Shown: one piece after another, positions 17,252 through 28,802 of the stretch
Layout of the letters: each line of letters starts with the position of its first letter
Numbering within the stretch: the stretch's first letter is position 1
Assembly (NCBI GenBank): GCA_028695415.1
Contig: JAQVIY010000002.1
Coordinates: forward strand, 4,883-68,882
Reading direction: 5' to 3'
Origin: Minisyncoccota bacterium
GTDB lineage: Bacteria; Patescibacteriota; Minisyncoccia; Phycocordibacterales; Phycocordibacteraceae
Length of the DNA: 64,000 bases
Notes under the pieces: generated by a model
Database searches by the model: none
Told to the model about the DNA's origin: nothing
The model's input: only the letters and a program-made list of their open reading frames with translations
Made by a program: the position numbers and the translations under genes

Positions 17252-20200
17252 ATGGCGGATATGCCCCAGAAGTCAGAAGCGGCGAAACGCGAAGAGGCGA
17301 TACTCACGTTCTGGGAGCGCGAGCGCATATTCGAGAAATCGCTCGAGAAACCGTCTCCGAAAGGCGACTTCGTGTTTTACGAAGGTCCGCCGACAGCAAA
17401 CGGTAAGCCCGGTATCCACCATCTCGAATCGCGCGCATTCAAAGATGCTATCCCGCGGTACAAGACGATGCGTGGGTATCGCGTCAACCGCCGTGCCGGC
17501 TGGGACACGCACGGTCTGCCGGTCGAGCTCCAAGTAGAGAAAGAGCTTGGATTCACCGGGAAGCCCGACATTGAGAAGTACGGCATTGCTGCTTTCAATA
17601 AAAAGTGCCGTGAGAGCGTGTTCGCCTATATCGACGAATGGGCGCGCTTCACGAAGCGCATCGGCTATTGGGTAGACGAGGCTCGGGCTTATTTCACATT
17701 CGACAGTGCGTATATGGAGGTGCTCTGGCACATACTCGCGAAGACTGCAAAAGATGGTCGCCTCTACAAGGATTACCGTATCGTCCCGTGGTGTCCTCGC
17801 TGCGGCACCGCCCTCTCTTCACACGAGCTCGCGCAGGGCTACGCTGAGGTGAAGGATCTCACTATAACCGCGAAGTTCGAATTACTTGATGAACCAGGGA
17901 CGTACATTCTCGCATGGACGACGACACCGTGGACTCTCCCTGGGAATGTCGCACTCGCTATCGGCGGGAATATTTCTTATGGGAAATATGAGAAGGACGG
18001 CACGCGCGTGATTCTCGCTGATGCACGAGCCGGAACTGTGCTCGACAACGCGTGGCGACGCGTGGCCGATGTCCCCGTCATTGCCCTCACAGGGAAGCGA
18101 TATAAGCCGCTCTATGAGTATGCGAAAGCACTTGCGCCGGAGAGCGAGAAGGCGAAGTTCGGAAAAGCATTTCAGGTATACACCGCAGACTTCGTTACCA
18201 CTGAAGATGGCACCGGCGTCGTGCATACGGCAGTGATGTACGGTGCTGACGACTTCGAGCTTGGGAATACGATTGGTCTGCCGAAGGTGCATCTCGTAAA
18301 TCCGGAAGGGAGGTTCATCCCCGGGACAGGATTCCTCGAGGGTCGCGCAGTCGTTGATGAAGAGGTCGCTGTGGATATTGTGAAAGATCTCGCGGGTCGC
18401 GGTCTGCTTTTTGATAAATCGAAGTATGAGCACACGTACCCCTTCTGCTGGCGGTGCAAGACGCGACTCATCTACTATGCGCGTGACTCCTGGTATATCC
18501 GTATGCTCGATTTGCGCGAGAAGCTCGTCGCCGAGAACCAGAAGATTCACTGGGAGCCCGCGTACATACGCGATGGGCGTATGGGTGAGTGGCTCGCTGG
18601 CGCGAAGGAGTGGGCGATAAGCCGTGAACGGTATTGGGGTACGCCGCTCCCCGTCTGGCAGAGTGCTGACAGCTCCGAACAGCTCATTATCGGTTCAGTC
18701 GATGAGCTGAAGAAGTACACGAAGAAATCAGGCAACACCTACTTCGTCATGCGTCACGGCGAAGCGGAGAATAATGTGCAGGAAATATTCGATCCCTCTG
18801 ACGAGAAGAAGTATCCGCTCACCGAGAAGGGTCGATCGTCGGTGCGCGCTACCGCGAAGAAATTAAAAGAGAAGAACGTGACGCGCATCTTTTCTTCGCC
18901 GTTTGCAAGAACGAAGGAGACCGCCGACATCGTTGCGGAGGAGATTGGTCTCAATGCGGAGTCGGTCGTGGTAGACGGGCGGTTGCGCGAGCTTGGTTTC
19001 GGTACGTTCGCGGGGCAGGGGAAGAAACAGGCGTATCTCGCGTACCGCGACACACACGCTTACGACGAACGTCTTCCGGAAGGTGAATCGTATGAGGACA
19101 CGAAACAGCGCCTCGGCGATTTCTTGTACGAGATTGAACGAACATATTCGGGAGAGAATATCCTCATCGTTACGCATGGGCTCGGTTCGGAAGTCTTGCC
19201 GGCAGTTGTTGCAGGCGCAGATAAGGCAGCCTCAAAAGAGATTGCGAAGCAATGTCTGTCATATGGTGACTTCTGTGAACTGCCATTTGTGCCGCTCCCG
19301 CACAACGACAAGTACGAACTTGATCTGCATCGGCCGTACATAGACGATGTTGTGTTGGTCTCAGATAAGGGGACGGAGCTCCGGCGGGTGAAAGAGGTAA
19401 TGGACGTGTGGTTTGACTCCGGTGCGATGCCATTTGCGCAAGCGGCAAATGAGCGCGGGGATGAACCCCTTGAAACATTCATCAAGAACGTGGATTATCC
19501 GGCGGATTTCATTTCTGAGGCCATCGATCAGACGCGCGGCTGGTTCTATACGCTGCTCGCGGTTGGCATACTTATGGGTCGCGGCGCAGCATTCAAGAAT
19601 TGCATCTCACTCGGGCACCTGCTCGACGCGCAGGGACTGAAGATGAGCAAGTCGAAAGGGAACATCGTCGAGCCGTGGGCTGAGATAGAGAAATGGGGCG
19701 TCGACGCGATACGTTTCTGGATGTATAGCGTGACCCAGCCCGGTGACTCTAAGAATTATGACGAGAAGACGGTGAAGGAGGCGGCGAAGGTGCTCTCCTG
19801 GTTCGACAACAGCACCAAGTTCTATAAGCTCTTCAAGGATGCGCCTCAGAAGAAAACAGAACTGACGGTTATGGATCGCTGGATGCAGGCGCGCGTTGCG
19901 GAGACGGTTTCAGCCGTTACGGAATATATGGATGCGTACCGACCATTTGAAGCGACACGCGCCATTACCGGCCTCGCCGAGGATCTCTCGCAGTGGTATG
20001 TGCGCCGTATCCGCGACCGCGTACGCGAAGGGGACTCTGCTGCACTTTCTACGCTCCGCGATACGCTCCGCACTGGAGCGCTGCTCATCGCGCCGTTTGC
20101 GCCGTTCATCGCAGAGGATATGTATGGGAAGGTGAAGAGCGATCGGGATCCGCTTTCTGTACATCTTGCTGAGTGGCCCAAAGATACCAACGTCCTCTGG

Positions 20201-20644
20201 TATCGAATTTTTGGGAGTGGGCGCCGCGAAAGACTCGTTCAAGATATGGCGCGCGTGCGCTCGCTCGCGTCAGAAGCCTTCATGCTTCGGCAGAAAGCGG
20301 GCAGCAGGGTGCGTCAGCCGCTTGCCAGTCTCACGGTCTCCGAACCGCTTTCTGAAGAACTCGCCGCCCTTCTTGCTGACGAGGTGAATGTGAAAAAGAT
20401 ACTCACGGGTAGCGAGCTCGTACTCGATACGGTGCTCACACCCGAGCTCATCAAAGAGGGTGATGAACGCGAAATGGCGAGTGCAGTCGCGCAAGCACGC
20501 AAGGCAGAAGGACTTTCGCCGTCTGATAGCGTAGAGACACGAGTGAATGGAGAAGGGAAGTATGTTGCGGCGCTTTCGACTGGCGAGGTGCGATTCGATC
20601 TGGTTCGCAACCTGTCCCGAGAGGACTCGAGAGATGCGGCATAA
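17252..20644 (+). CDS. ileS: Isoleucine--tRNA ligase type 2 with inserted histidine-phosphatase domain
   Basis: [57 protein letters not shown]; insert with RHGEA and LIVTHG. Confidence 0.93.
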   Translation: MADMPQKSEAAKREEAILTFWERERIFEKSLEKPSPKGDFVFYEGPPTANGKPGIHHLESRAFKDAIPRYKTMRGYRVNRRAGWDTHGLPVELQVEKELGFTGKPDIEKYGIAAFNKKCRESVFAYIDEWARFTKRIGYWVDEARAYFTFDSAYMEVLWHILAKTAKDGRLYKDYRIVPWCPRCGTALSSHELAQGYAEVKDLTITAKFELLDEPGTYILAWTTTPWTLPGNVALAIGGNISYGKYEKDGTRVILADARAGTVLDNAWRRVADVPVIALTGKRYKPLYEYAKALAPESEKAKFGKAFQVYTADFVTTEDGTGVVHTAVMYGADDFELGNTIGLPKVHLVNPEGRFIPGTGFLEGRAVVDEEVAVDIVKDLAGRGLLFDKSKYEHTYPFCWRCKTRLIYYARDSWYIRMLDLREKLVAENQKIHWEPAYIRDGRMGEWLAGAKEWAISRERYWGTPLPVWQSADSSEQLIIGSVDELKKYTKKSGNTYFVMRHGEAENNVQEIFDPSDEKKYPLTEKGRSSVRATAKKLKEKNVTRIFSSPFARTKETADIVAEEIGLNAESVVVDGRLRELGFGTFAGQGKKQAYLAYRDTHAYDERLPEGESYEDTKQRLGDFLYEIERTYSGENILIVTHGLGSEVLPAVVAGADKAASKEIAKQCLSYGDFCELPFVPLPHNDKYELDLHRPYIDDVVLVSDKGTELRRVKEVMDVWFDSGAMPFAQAANERGDEPLETFIKNVDYPADFISEAIDQTRGWFYTLLAVGILMGRGAAFKNCISLGHLLDAQGLKMSKSKGNIVEPWAEIEKWGVDAIRFWMYSVTQPGDSKNYDEKTVKEAAKVLSWFDNSTKFYKLFKDAPQKKTELTVMDRWMQARVAETVSAVTEYMDAYRPFEATRAITGLAEDLSQWYVRRIRDRVREGDSAALSTLRDTLRTGALLIAPFAPFIAEDMYGKVKSDRDPLSVHLAEWPKDTNVLWYRIFGSGRRERLVQDMARVRSLASEAFMLRQKAGSRVRQPLASLTVSEPLSEELAALLADEVNVKKILTGSELVLDTVLTPELIKEGDEREMASAVAQARKAEGLSPSDSVETRVNGEGKYVAALSTGEVRFDLVRNLSREDSRDAA

Positions 20645-21200
20645 ATACGAAACACGCGGTATTGTCCTCGCACGGACGCCGGTAGGTGAAGCGAGCTCGT
20701 TCATTACCCTTGTCTCATCGGAACTCGGGCTTGTCCGCGTGCTCGCCCAGAGTGTGCGTAAGCCGGGGGCGAAGCTTGCCGCTGCGCTCGCTACATTTGC
20801 AGAGAGCTCGGTCGTACTGGTACATGGCAGAGACGGGTGGCGTCTCGCGGGGGCGGTATTCGAAGAGAGTTGGTTCGCGAGATTGCGAGATGCGGATGCG
20901 CGCAAGAGAGCAGGGCGTGTTTCGGGCCTTCTTCTTCGCCTTGTTGCTGGTGAGGAGCGCGACACGGCACTCTTTCCGGTTATGAAAGGATTTCTTGAGG
21001 CGCTCTCCAATCTTCCGTCGGAGAATCATGAGGACGTCGAGATACTCGCGGTTCTTCGTATTCTCGCGACACTCGGGCTCGACACGAGCGAATCCGACGG
21101 TATCTCGGCATTTACTCCAGACATGCTTGCCGCCATCGCAAAAGACCGCACGAGCTATATCTCCCGCATCAACCGTGGCATTGAAGCCTCCGGTCTTTGA
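20634..21200 (+). CDS. recO: DNA repair protein RecO (short form)
   Basis: Start re-called at 20634; T.GIVL.....GEA.....L.S.ELG.V...AQSVRK..AKL RecO N-terminal OB pattern. Confidence 0.75.
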   Translation: MRHKYETRGIVLARTPVGEASSFITLVSSELGLVRVLAQSVRKPGAKLAAALATFAESSVVLVHGRDGWRLAGAVFEESWFARLRDADARKRAGRVSGLLLRLVAGEERDTALFPVMKGFLEALSNLPSENHEDVEILAVLRILATLGLDTSESDGISAFTPDMLAAIAKDRTSYISRINRGIEASGL

Positions 21201-21213
21201 TATACTTTGAGTG

Positions 21214-23109
21214 ATGTACCCGCCATTTCCCGAAGATGACACCGGAGCGCTTGAACGCGCTCGCGAGCGGCTCTATGAACCAGACGCGTCTCTACGCGCG
21301 CGCCCGCCGCTTGCTAGAGCGGGCGCGCCAGAGCTGCCGCACGAATGGGAAGAGAAAGAGAGTCCGCTCAAGGTCTACCTCCCCTCGCGAGGCGCTCGGC
21401 ACGTGCGTCTCGCGGGGATATTTTTCATAGCGGCATTTGCTTTCTTCCTCGTCTCGATAAGCGTTGTCGGCTACCTATTTTACTTCGGCGGTAATACCGT
21501 ATCGGTAGACAAGGTGACTATTGCCGTGCAAGGCCCAACGACGGTGTCGGGTGGCGACATAGTCCCTCTTTCGCTCACTATTACGAACAAGAATCCGGTT
21601 GCTCTTGAAAATGCGACGATTGAGATTGATTTCCCGAGCGGCACGCGCAGCGCGAGTGACGTGCTCGTCGCGTATCCGCGCTATGTTGAGAACTTGGGCG
21701 AACTTGCGAGCGGCGCTTCAGTGACGAGGTCTATAAAGGCGGTGATGTTCGGCGGAGCGGGTCAGTCTCTCGCTTTGCCGGTATCGCTTTCGTACGGAAC
21801 TGCTGGCAGCAACGCGGTCTTTGTGAAGAAGTCTTCCTATACGCTTGCCGTTTCCTCAACACCGCTTTCGATAACGGTTGATGCGGTAACCGAGACCGTG
21901 TCCGGTCAGCCGCTCTCGTTCAACCTGAGCGTTCGCAGCAACGCGACCGTGGCGCTGAGCAATGTCGTGCTGACGAGCGTATTGCCGTTCGGCTTCTCGG
22001 TCATATCATCATCAGTGCCGATAAATAACTCAAGCTTCCTGCTCGGGACTATCGCTCCCGGAGCGACCAAGCACGTCACGCTCACCGGAAGGCTCACCGG
22101 ACAAGATAAAGAGCAGCGCGTCTTCCACTTCACGGTCGGTACTGCGAACACAGCTACCGACCAGACTCCTGCCGTCGCGTACATGACCCAAGATGCGTCA
22201 GTTACCATCACGTCTCCGTTCATCAACGCCTCGCTCGCGCTCAATGGCGACACGTCATCAAACAGCGTCATTACCTCTGGGCGTCGGCAGAACGTTACCG
22301 TGTCATATACCAACACGCTCCCAACAAGCATCACGAACGCGACTGTGGCAATCGGGCTTTCCGGATCGGCGATCGATTACAACAGCATCCAAACCTCGAG
22401 CGGGTTCTATCGCTCCTCCGACCACACCATCGTTTTCAGTCGGGATACTGACCCGGCGCTCGCTGCGCTCGCGCCGGGCGCGTCCGGCATAGGCACGTTT
22501 ACCTTCTCAACGCTTCCGCCTGACGCTCTGTCTGCCGCGCCGACGGTAGTCCTCACCACCTCAGTATCCGGCACGCGCGTCGGGCAGACCAACGTACCGG
22601 AAGAAGTGAACTCTTCGTCGACAAAAACGATAAAAGTCGCAACATCGGTCGCGTTCACCGCAGTCGCGCTCCATTCGGCGGGGCTCCTGACCAATAGCGG
22701 CCCTATTCCGCCGAAGGCTGATCAAGCGACGACCTATTCGGTAGTACTGAGCGCTCGGAATAGCGGAAGCGCGGTTGCTGGCGGGACGGCTACGACGATA
22801 CTCCCGAGCTACGTTTCGTATACCGGCATCACGAGCAGTGCGAGCGCGTTCTCCTATAACGAAGCGTCGCGGACGGTCACGTGGAGTTCTGGCGACCTCG
22901 CACAGGGCGGGAGCGCGCAGGGTACGTTCCAGGTATCCCTCACTCCCTCGAGTTCGCAGAAAGGAGATATTCCGAATCTGACCGGCCCGATCTCGTTCTC
23001 GGGATACGACCGCTTCGCGGGGGTGCAGATAACCGCAAACGTCGATCCGGTAACGACCGACACGAAGGACGACCCCGGGTACACGCCTTCAAAAGCACTC
23101 GTGCAATAA
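21214..23109 (+). CDS. Membrane-anchored multi-Ig-like (DUF11-type) surface protein
   Basis: One TM near the N-terminus then S/T-rich beta-sandwich repeats (GPIPPK..Q.TTY, RTVTW..G.L). Confidence 0.75.
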   Translation: MYPPFPEDDTGALERARERLYEPDASLRARPPLARAGAPELPHEWEEKESPLKVYLPSRGARHVRLAGIFFIAAFAFFLVSISVVGYLFYFGGNTVSVDKVTIAVQGPTTVSGGDIVPLSLTITNKNPVALENATIEIDFPSGTRSASDVLVAYPRYVENLGELASGASVTRSIKAVMFGGAGQSLALPVSLSYGTAGSNAVFVKKSSYTLAVSSTPLSITVDAVTETVSGQPLSFNLSVRSNATVALSNVVLTSVLPFGFSVISSSVPINNSSFLLGTIAPGATKHVTLTGRLTGQDKEQRVFHFTVGTANTATDQTPAVAYMTQDASVTITSPFINASLALNGDTSSNSVITSGRRQNVTVSYTNTLPTSITNATVAIGLSGSAIDYNSIQTSSGFYRSSDHTIVFSRDTDPALAALAPGASGIGTFTFSTLPPDALSAAPTVVLTTSVSGTRVGQTNVPEEVNSSSTKTIKVATSVAFTAVALHSAGLLTNSGPIPPKADQATTYSVVLSARNSGSAVAGGTATTILPSYVSYTGITSSASAFSYNEASRTVTWSSGDLAQGGSAQGTFQVSLTPSSSQKGDIPNLTGPISFSGYDRFAGVQITANVDPVTTDTKDDPGYTPSKALVQ

Positions 23110-23136
23110 GCTCGCGCGTAGCTTATAGTGACCGGT

Positions 23137-24462
23137 ATGCAGGAAGAAAAGGTAATGGAAAAGATTGTCTCGCTCGCGAAACGTCGCGGCTTTGTCTTTC
23201 CCGGCTCTGAGATCTACGGCGGGTTGGCCGGTACGTTCGACTACGGTCCGATGGGCGTTCTTCTCAAGGAGAACGTAGAACGCCTCTGGTTCTCGATGTT
23301 TCGCGATAGTCGTGACGACATGTACGGTGTTGATGCTGCAATATTGATGAATCCGAAGGTGTGGGAGGCGAGCGGTCATGTCGCCGGATTCTCTGACCCG
23401 CTCGTCGAATGTGAGAAATGCAAGAAGCGCTTCCGCGCTGACCAGCTCGATGACCCGAAGAAATGTCCCGAATGCGCTGGCGTTCTCGGCGGGATGCGTC
23501 AGTTCAATATGATGTTCAAAACACATGCGGGCGCGGCGGAGGACGATTCGGCCGCGGTGTACCTGCGCCCGGAGACTGCCGGGGGTATTTTCATGAACTA
23601 CAAGAATGTCGTTGATTCTATCCACCCAAAACTGCCGTTCGGCATCGCTCAGATAGGGAAGGCATTTCGAAACGAGATAGCGCCGCGCGACTTTATATTC
23701 CGCCTGCGGGAGCTCTCGCAGATGGAGGTTGAGTATTTCGTACCGCCCTCCGAATGGGAGCGGGCGTTCGAAGAATGGCGCTCTCTGATGCACCTTTTCG
23801 CGACGGCCATCGGGCTGCCGGAGGCGAGCGTGCACGAACTCGAGGTCGGGGACGGCGACCGCGCACACTACTCTAAGCGCACCATCGATTTCGAATTCGA
23901 TTATCCGTTCGGCCGCAAAGAGCTCTGGGGTCTCGCATATCGTACTGACTTTGACCTCTCGGCACACGAGAAGGGCTCTGGCGTATCGCTCGCGTATCTC
24001 GATGAAGAAACAAAAGAGAAATTCATTCCGCATGTCATCGAACCATCTCTTGGTGTTGATCGCACGATTCTTGCGATACTCGCGAGCGCCTATCGCGAAG
24101 ACGAACTCGGCGGGGAAGTGCGCACGTATCTCGCACTCGCACCAAAGATTGCACCAGTGAAGGCGATGGTATCGCCTCTCTTGAAGAACAAACCGGAGCT
24201 CGTTGCGAAAGCACGCGAGGTGCGCGAGGAACTCAAGAAGGTGCACCCCGCCATCGCCTGGGATGATAACGGCAACATCGGCAAGCGCTATCGTCGCCAG
24301 GACGAGATCGGCACGCCCTTCTGCATCACCATCGACTTCGACACTCTCGGCGAGAATCCGGATTTGAAAGACACCGTCACGCTTCGTCACCGCGACTCGG
24401 GCGAGCAGGAACGCCTCTCTATCTCTGAAGTCGCCTCTCGCATCCGCGAAGCCATCTCATAG
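23137..24462 (+). CDS. glyQS: Glycine--tRNA ligase, homodimeric type
   Basis: KRRGF.FP.SEIYGG, YLRPETA.GIF, GKAFRNEI.PR.FIFR.RE, IEPS.GVDR, IGKRYRRQDEIGTP. Confidence 0.96.
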   Translation: MQEEKVMEKIVSLAKRRGFVFPGSEIYGGLAGTFDYGPMGVLLKENVERLWFSMFRDSRDDMYGVDAAILMNPKVWEASGHVAGFSDPLVECEKCKKRFRADQLDDPKKCPECAGVLGGMRQFNMMFKTHAGAAEDDSAAVYLRPETAGGIFMNYKNVVDSIHPKLPFGIAQIGKAFRNEIAPRDFIFRLRELSQMEVEYFVPPSEWERAFEEWRSLMHLFATAIGLPEASVHELEVGDGDRAHYSKRTIDFEFDYPFGRKELWGLAYRTDFDLSAHEKGSGVSLAYLDEETKEKFIPHVIEPSLGVDRTILAILASAYREDELGGEVRTYLALAPKIAPVKAMVSPLLKNKPELVAKAREVREELKKVHPAIAWDDNGNIGKRYRRQDEIGTPFCITIDFDTLGENPDLKDTVTLRHRDSGEQERLSISEVASRIREAIS

Positions 24463-24504
24463 CGTCCGCAAACCGCTGGCCGTTTTTGTGCTAGGATTCC
24501 CATA

Positions 24505-25560
24505 ATGAACAAGGAAATCAAGATTTCCATTACCCCGGGGTCTATTTTCACCACCCTCCTTATCCTCGCAGGAGTATATATATTCTGGCTTTTGCGCGAC
24601 CTTGCCCTCCTCGTGGTCACGGCTATCGTTATCGCTTCGGCTATTGAGCCGGGGATAGCGTTCTTTATTCGCCACCGCATCCCGCGCTTCTTCGCGGCCC
24701 TGCTCGTCTATGTGCTCGTGTTCGGCTCCATATTCATTCTGCTTTTCCTCTTCTTCCCGCCGATTATCGCCGATGCGGCCGGCTTTTTGGCGGCGATGCC
24801 GCAGTATCTCGACACTATCAACGCCTCGGCGCCGTTTACGAGTATCACGGCTGCAGGAGGGCAGGGCGGCGTGCAGTCGTTCCTCCAGACACTGCTCTCA
24901 TTCCAATCAGTCTTTACCGCGAGCGGCAGCGGCATCATTCAGCTCTTCATCACTTTCTTCGGCGGGCTTTTCTCGCTCATGCTCGTCATCGTTCTCTCCT
25001 TCTACTTCGCGCTTCAGGATACGGGTGTTGACGACTTTCTTCGTCTCGTGATGCCGATCGAGTATGAGGAATATTCGGTAGATCTGTGGAAGCGTACCCA
25101 GAAGAAGATAGGACTCTGGATGCAGGGTCAGATACTGCTCTCGGTCATCGTCGGCGTCCTCGTGTATCTCGGTCTCCTCATCATTGGCATTCCCTATGCG
25201 CTCCTGCTCTCGGTCTTCACCGCTCTCGCCGAGATTATTCCGATATTCGGTTCGCTTATCGCCGGAGCAGCGGTGGTCGTCGTGGGTTACTCTGACGGCG
25301 GGATGGCGCTCGCGGCTATCGTCGCCGGCCTCTTCATCGTGGTAAATCAGTTTGAGTCCAACCTTATCTATCCGCTCATCGTGAAGAAGATAGTCGGTGT
25401 GCCGCCACTCCTCGTTATCGTGGCCTTGATCGCGGGCGGCACGCTCGCAGGATTCCTCGGCGTCCTGCTCTCGGTGCCGGCCGCTGCCGTACTGCTCGAA
25501 TTCATTTCAGACTTTGATAAGCGCAAGCGCAAAATGCACGCGCATCAGGCGCACACCTAA
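24505..25560 (+). CDS. AI-2E (PerM) family transporter
   Basis: Multi-TM; W..GQ, IP.FG, QFESN.IYP.I...VG.PP, G..G.LLSVP. Confidence 0.9.
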   Translation: MNKEIKISITPGSIFTTLLILAGVYIFWLLRDLALLVVTAIVIASAIEPGIAFFIRHRIPRFFAALLVYVLVFGSIFILLFLFFPPIIADAAGFLAAMPQYLDTINASAPFTSITAAGGQGGVQSFLQTLLSFQSVFTASGSGIIQLFITFFGGLFSLMLVIVLSFYFALQDTGVDDFLRLVMPIEYEEYSVDLWKRTQKKIGLWMQGQILLSVIVGVLVYLGLLIIGIPYALLLSVFTALAEIIPIFGSLIAGAAVVVVGYSDGGMALAAIVAGLFIVVNQFESNLIYPLIVKKIVGVPPLLVIVALIAGGTLAGFLGVLLSVPAAAVLLEFISDFDKRKRKMHAHQAHT

Positions 25561-25568
25561 TTGTCTCT

Positions 25569-27002
25569 ATGAGTGCGCGCTACATCACCACCACGCTCCC
25601 GTATGTGAATGCGGACCCGCATTTGGGTCACGCGCTTGAGTTTGTTGAGGCGGATTTCCTCGCGCGCGCGCTTCGGGCGAAGGGCGAAGAGGTGTTCTTC
25701 AATATCGGCACTGACGAACATGGCGCAAAAATAGCGGAAAAGGCTGAAGCGGCGGGGCAGACGCCGCAGGCCTATGCCGACGAGTATGCGGCGCGTTTCA
25801 AGGCATTCGCTGACCGCTTCTTTATTTCGTACGATTCGTTTATCCGCACGACTGATGAAGGGCATACCAAAACCGCACGGGCATTCTGGAAACGTTGCGA
25901 GGCAGCCGGCGATATTTACAAGGCGGTATACAAGATAAAATATTGTATCGGTTGCGAGCTCGAGAAGACCGACTCTGAACTTGTAGACGGTCGGTGCCCG
26001 CTTCATCCGAATACTCCCATAGAACTGCGCGAGGAAGAAAATTATTATTTTAGATTCTCAAAATATCAGGGCGCGCTCTTGAAGCACTTTGCTGAGCAGC
26101 CAGATTTTGTTGTGCCCGAGGAGCGTGTGCGCGAAATCACCTCATTTATCGCCGGCGGGTTGAAGGACTTCAGCATCTCGCGGCGCAGAGAGAAGCTCTC
26201 GTGGGGCATACCGGTGCCTGGCGATGATGAGCACGTGATGTACGTATGGTTCGATGCGCTCGTGAACTATGTGTCTGCGGTCGGTTGGCCCGACGATGAA
26301 GAGAAGTTCAAAAAATGGTGGCCGGTGACGCAATTCGCCGGTAAAGACAATCTTCGCCAACAGGCAGCGATGTGGCAGGCGATGCTTCTCTCAGCCGGGA
26401 TTCCGCTCTCTCAACAAATATTCATACACGGCTTTGTTACTTCGGGCGGCCAGAAGATGAGCAAATCGCTCGGTAATGTCATCAACCCGGTCGAAGTCGC
26501 CGATCGGTATGGCGTCGAAGCGCTCCGGTACGTCCTCCTGCGGCATATGAGCCCGTTCGAAGATTCTGATCTCACCGATGAGTCGATACGTGAACACTAT
26601 ACGGCTCACCTCACGAACGGTCTCGGTAATCTCGTCGCGCGCGTGATGACGCTCGCTCGGGAGCACCTCCCGAGCCCCGTCGCCCTTTCTCCCGACGACC
26701 TGAAGATTGAGGATGCGTTTTTCAAAAAAGCAGAAACGTACCGCTTCAACGAAGCGATGGATATCATTTTCGCAAAGATTACCGCCGCCGATACCTTTAT
26801 GACTGAGCGCGCGCCGTTCAAGAGGATAAAGAGCGAAGTCGCCGGAGAACAGGAAGAGGCACGAAAGGACATCGAATATCTGGTACGAGAGTTGGCGACT
26901 ATTGCTTCCCATCTCGTATCGGCGATGCCAAAAACCAGCGAGAAGATACTCGCCGCTATTCGCGAGAACAAAAAGCCCGACAATCTCTTCCCGCGGATAT
27001 GA
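25569..27002 (+). CDS. metG: Methionine--tRNA ligase
   Basis: YITTTLPYVNA.PHLGH, GTDEHG.K, YVWFDALVNY, KMSKSLGN. Confidence 0.96.
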   Translation: MSARYITTTLPYVNADPHLGHALEFVEADFLARALRAKGEEVFFNIGTDEHGAKIAEKAEAAGQTPQAYADEYAARFKAFADRFFISYDSFIRTTDEGHTKTARAFWKRCEAAGDIYKAVYKIKYCIGCELEKTDSELVDGRCPLHPNTPIELREEENYYFRFSKYQGALLKHFAEQPDFVVPEERVREITSFIAGGLKDFSISRRREKLSWGIPVPGDDEHVMYVWFDALVNYVSAVGWPDDEEKFKKWWPVTQFAGKDNLRQQAAMWQAMLLSAGIPLSQQIFIHGFVTSGGQKMSKSLGNVINPVEVADRYGVEALRYVLLRHMSPFEDSDLTDESIREHYTAHLTNGLGNLVARVMTLAREHLPSPVALSPDDLKIEDAFFKKAETYRFNEAMDIIFAKITAADTFMTERAPFKRIKSEVAGEQEEARKDIEYLVRELATIASHLVSAMPKTSEKILAAIRENKKPDNLFPRI

Positions 27003-27802
27003 CCGTCCGCTATATCGACGCGCATAGCCACCTGCAATTCGAGCAATTCGCTGAGGACAGAGGAGCGCTCATCGAACAGATGCGAGTGCAGGGTATCGCG
27101 GGCGTCGTCGTTGGTGTGGATCTTATTACCTCACGCGGCGCTTTCGCGCTTACCGAAGACGCTGAACATCTCTATGCATCGGTTGGGCTGCACCCGAACC
27201 ATGCAGGGCTTGAATATTTTGACGAGGCGGCGTATCGCGCACTCGCTGCACACCCGAAGGTTGTCGCGATAGGGGAGTGCGGGCTGGACTTCTTCCGCCT
27301 CGATGGAGACAAGCTTGAACAAAAGCAGGTGCAGAAAGAATTGTTGCAAAAGCATATCGAGCTTGCCGTCGGAGCGAATAAGCCGCTTATTATTCACTGT
27401 CGCCCAACCAAGGGTACGACGGATGCGTATCAAGACCTGATAGAGATTCTGAAAGAAGCCAAAGCGACACACCCTACCCTACGGGGGGACATACACTTCT
27501 TTGTCGGCGGTGTTGAGGAGTCAAAAGCGCTCATTGCTCTCAACTTCACCGTGTCGTTCACCGCGGTCATTACCTTCGCTCGCGACTATGATGACGTCAT
27601 ACGATCAGTTCCGCTGAAGTACATTCTCTCAGAAACCGATGCGCCATACCTCGCACCGCTTACGCGGCGCGGAGAGCGTAATGACCCTATTGCCGTCATT
27701 GATGTTGTGGAAAAAATTGCAGAGATTCGAGGCGAAAATACTGAAACCGTCCGCACCGCTCTCCTCGAGAACGCTCGCCGCGTATTCGCGCTCCCAGGCT
27801 GA
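26999..27802 (+). CDS. tatD: TatD family deoxyribonuclease
   Basis: IDAHSHL, GLHP, AIGECGLD, IIHCR, ETDAPYL. Confidence 0.92.
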   Translation: MTVRYIDAHSHLQFEQFAEDRGALIEQMRVQGIAGVVVGVDLITSRGAFALTEDAEHLYASVGLHPNHAGLEYFDEAAYRALAAHPKVVAIGECGLDFFRLDGDKLEQKQVQKELLQKHIELAVGANKPLIIHCRPTKGTTDAYQDLIEILKEAKATHPTLRGDIHFFVGGVEESKALIALNFTVSFTAVITFARDYDDVIRSVPLKYILSETDAPYLAPLTRRGERNDPIAVIDVVEKIAEIRGENTETVRTALLENARRVFALPG

Positions 27803-27848
27803 AGGCCGTCTTGCGGGCAGTAAAATCCCGTGCTAGGATGCGGGAATT

Positions 27849-28334
27849 ATGGCTAAGAACAAAGGCGAGGAGGTAATCGACGAGCTCGAAGATTCGGGCG
27901 CTGAGCCGCGCGTCTACGAGCTCGGCTTCCACCTCGACCCGGAGCTCCCCACCGAGGAGGCGAAGAAGGCGTATCAGGAAATACGGAAATTCATCGGGGA
28001 GATAGGGTCGATTGTCGCTGAGGGCGAACCGCAGAAGATTCAGCTCGCTTACACTATCTCTCGTCAGGAGACGTCCGGTCGCCGCGACTTCGATTCGGCA
28101 TATTTCGCGTGGGTCGCGTATGAGGCCACGCCGCTCAAGCATGCGGAGATTCTGACTTCGGCTGACACCGATAAGCGCATCATTCGCTTCATCGATTTGC
28201 TCACCACTAAGGAGGCCGCTCGCCACGCCGCTGAGATGCTCGAACTCTCGCTCAAGACCCCGGAGCGTACCGAAGGCGAGGAACCGGTGCTTACCGCCGA
28301 ACTTGATGCTGCCCTCGAGAACGTTGCCGTATAA
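27849..28334 (+). CDS. rpsF: 30S ribosomal protein S6
   Basis: YEL.F.L.P, LAY.I, IIRF; rpsF-ssb-rpsR synteny. Confidence 0.85.
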   Translation: MAKNKGEEVIDELEDSGAEPRVYELGFHLDPELPTEEAKKAYQEIRKFIGEIGSIVAEGEPQKIQLAYTISRQETSGRRDFDSAYFAWVAYEATPLKHAEILTSADTDKRIIRFIDLLTTKEAARHAAEMLELSLKTPERTEGEEPVLTAELDAALENVAV

Positions 28335-28341
28335 TATCGAC

Positions 28342-28791
28342 ATGTACCTCAACAAAGTATTCCTCTACGGTAATCTTACCCGCGATCCGGAGCTGAAGGC
28401 GCTCCCGAGCGGCGGTCAGGTCGCCAACTTCGGCCTTGCCACCAACCGCTCCTATAAGGACAAGAGCGGTGCGAAGCAGGAGTCGACCGAGTTCCACAAC
28501 ATCGTCGCCTTCGGTCGCACGGCTGAAGTAATCGCGCAATACTGTAAGAAGGGTCGCCCGATATTCGTCGAAGGGCGTATCACCACGCGCTCGTGGGACG
28601 ACAAGGAGACCGGCAAGAAGAATTACCGCACCGAAATCATCGTTGAGAACTTCCAGTTTGGTGCTGATGGCGCTCGCACCGGAGGCGAGACAGGCGGCAG
28701 CTCTGCTTCACGCGAAGAGCAGCCGGCTCCGCAAGGGGGTGAGATACAGTATCCGGATGAGGAGATTAACCCGGAGGACATTCCTTTTTAA
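28342..28791 (+). CDS. ssb: Single-stranded DNA-binding protein
   Basis: LNKV.L.GNLTRDPE, TEFH.IV.FG, VEGR..TRSW, C-terminal DIPF; start re-called at 28342. Confidence 0.96.
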   Translation: MYLNKVFLYGNLTRDPELKALPSGGQVANFGLATNRSYKDKSGAKQESTEFHNIVAFGRTAEVIAQYCKKGRPIFVEGRITTRSWDDKETGKKNYRTEIIVENFQFGADGARTGGETGGSSASREEQPAPQGGEIQYPDEEINPEDIPF

Positions 28792-28802
28792 TTACAACTA
28801 GT

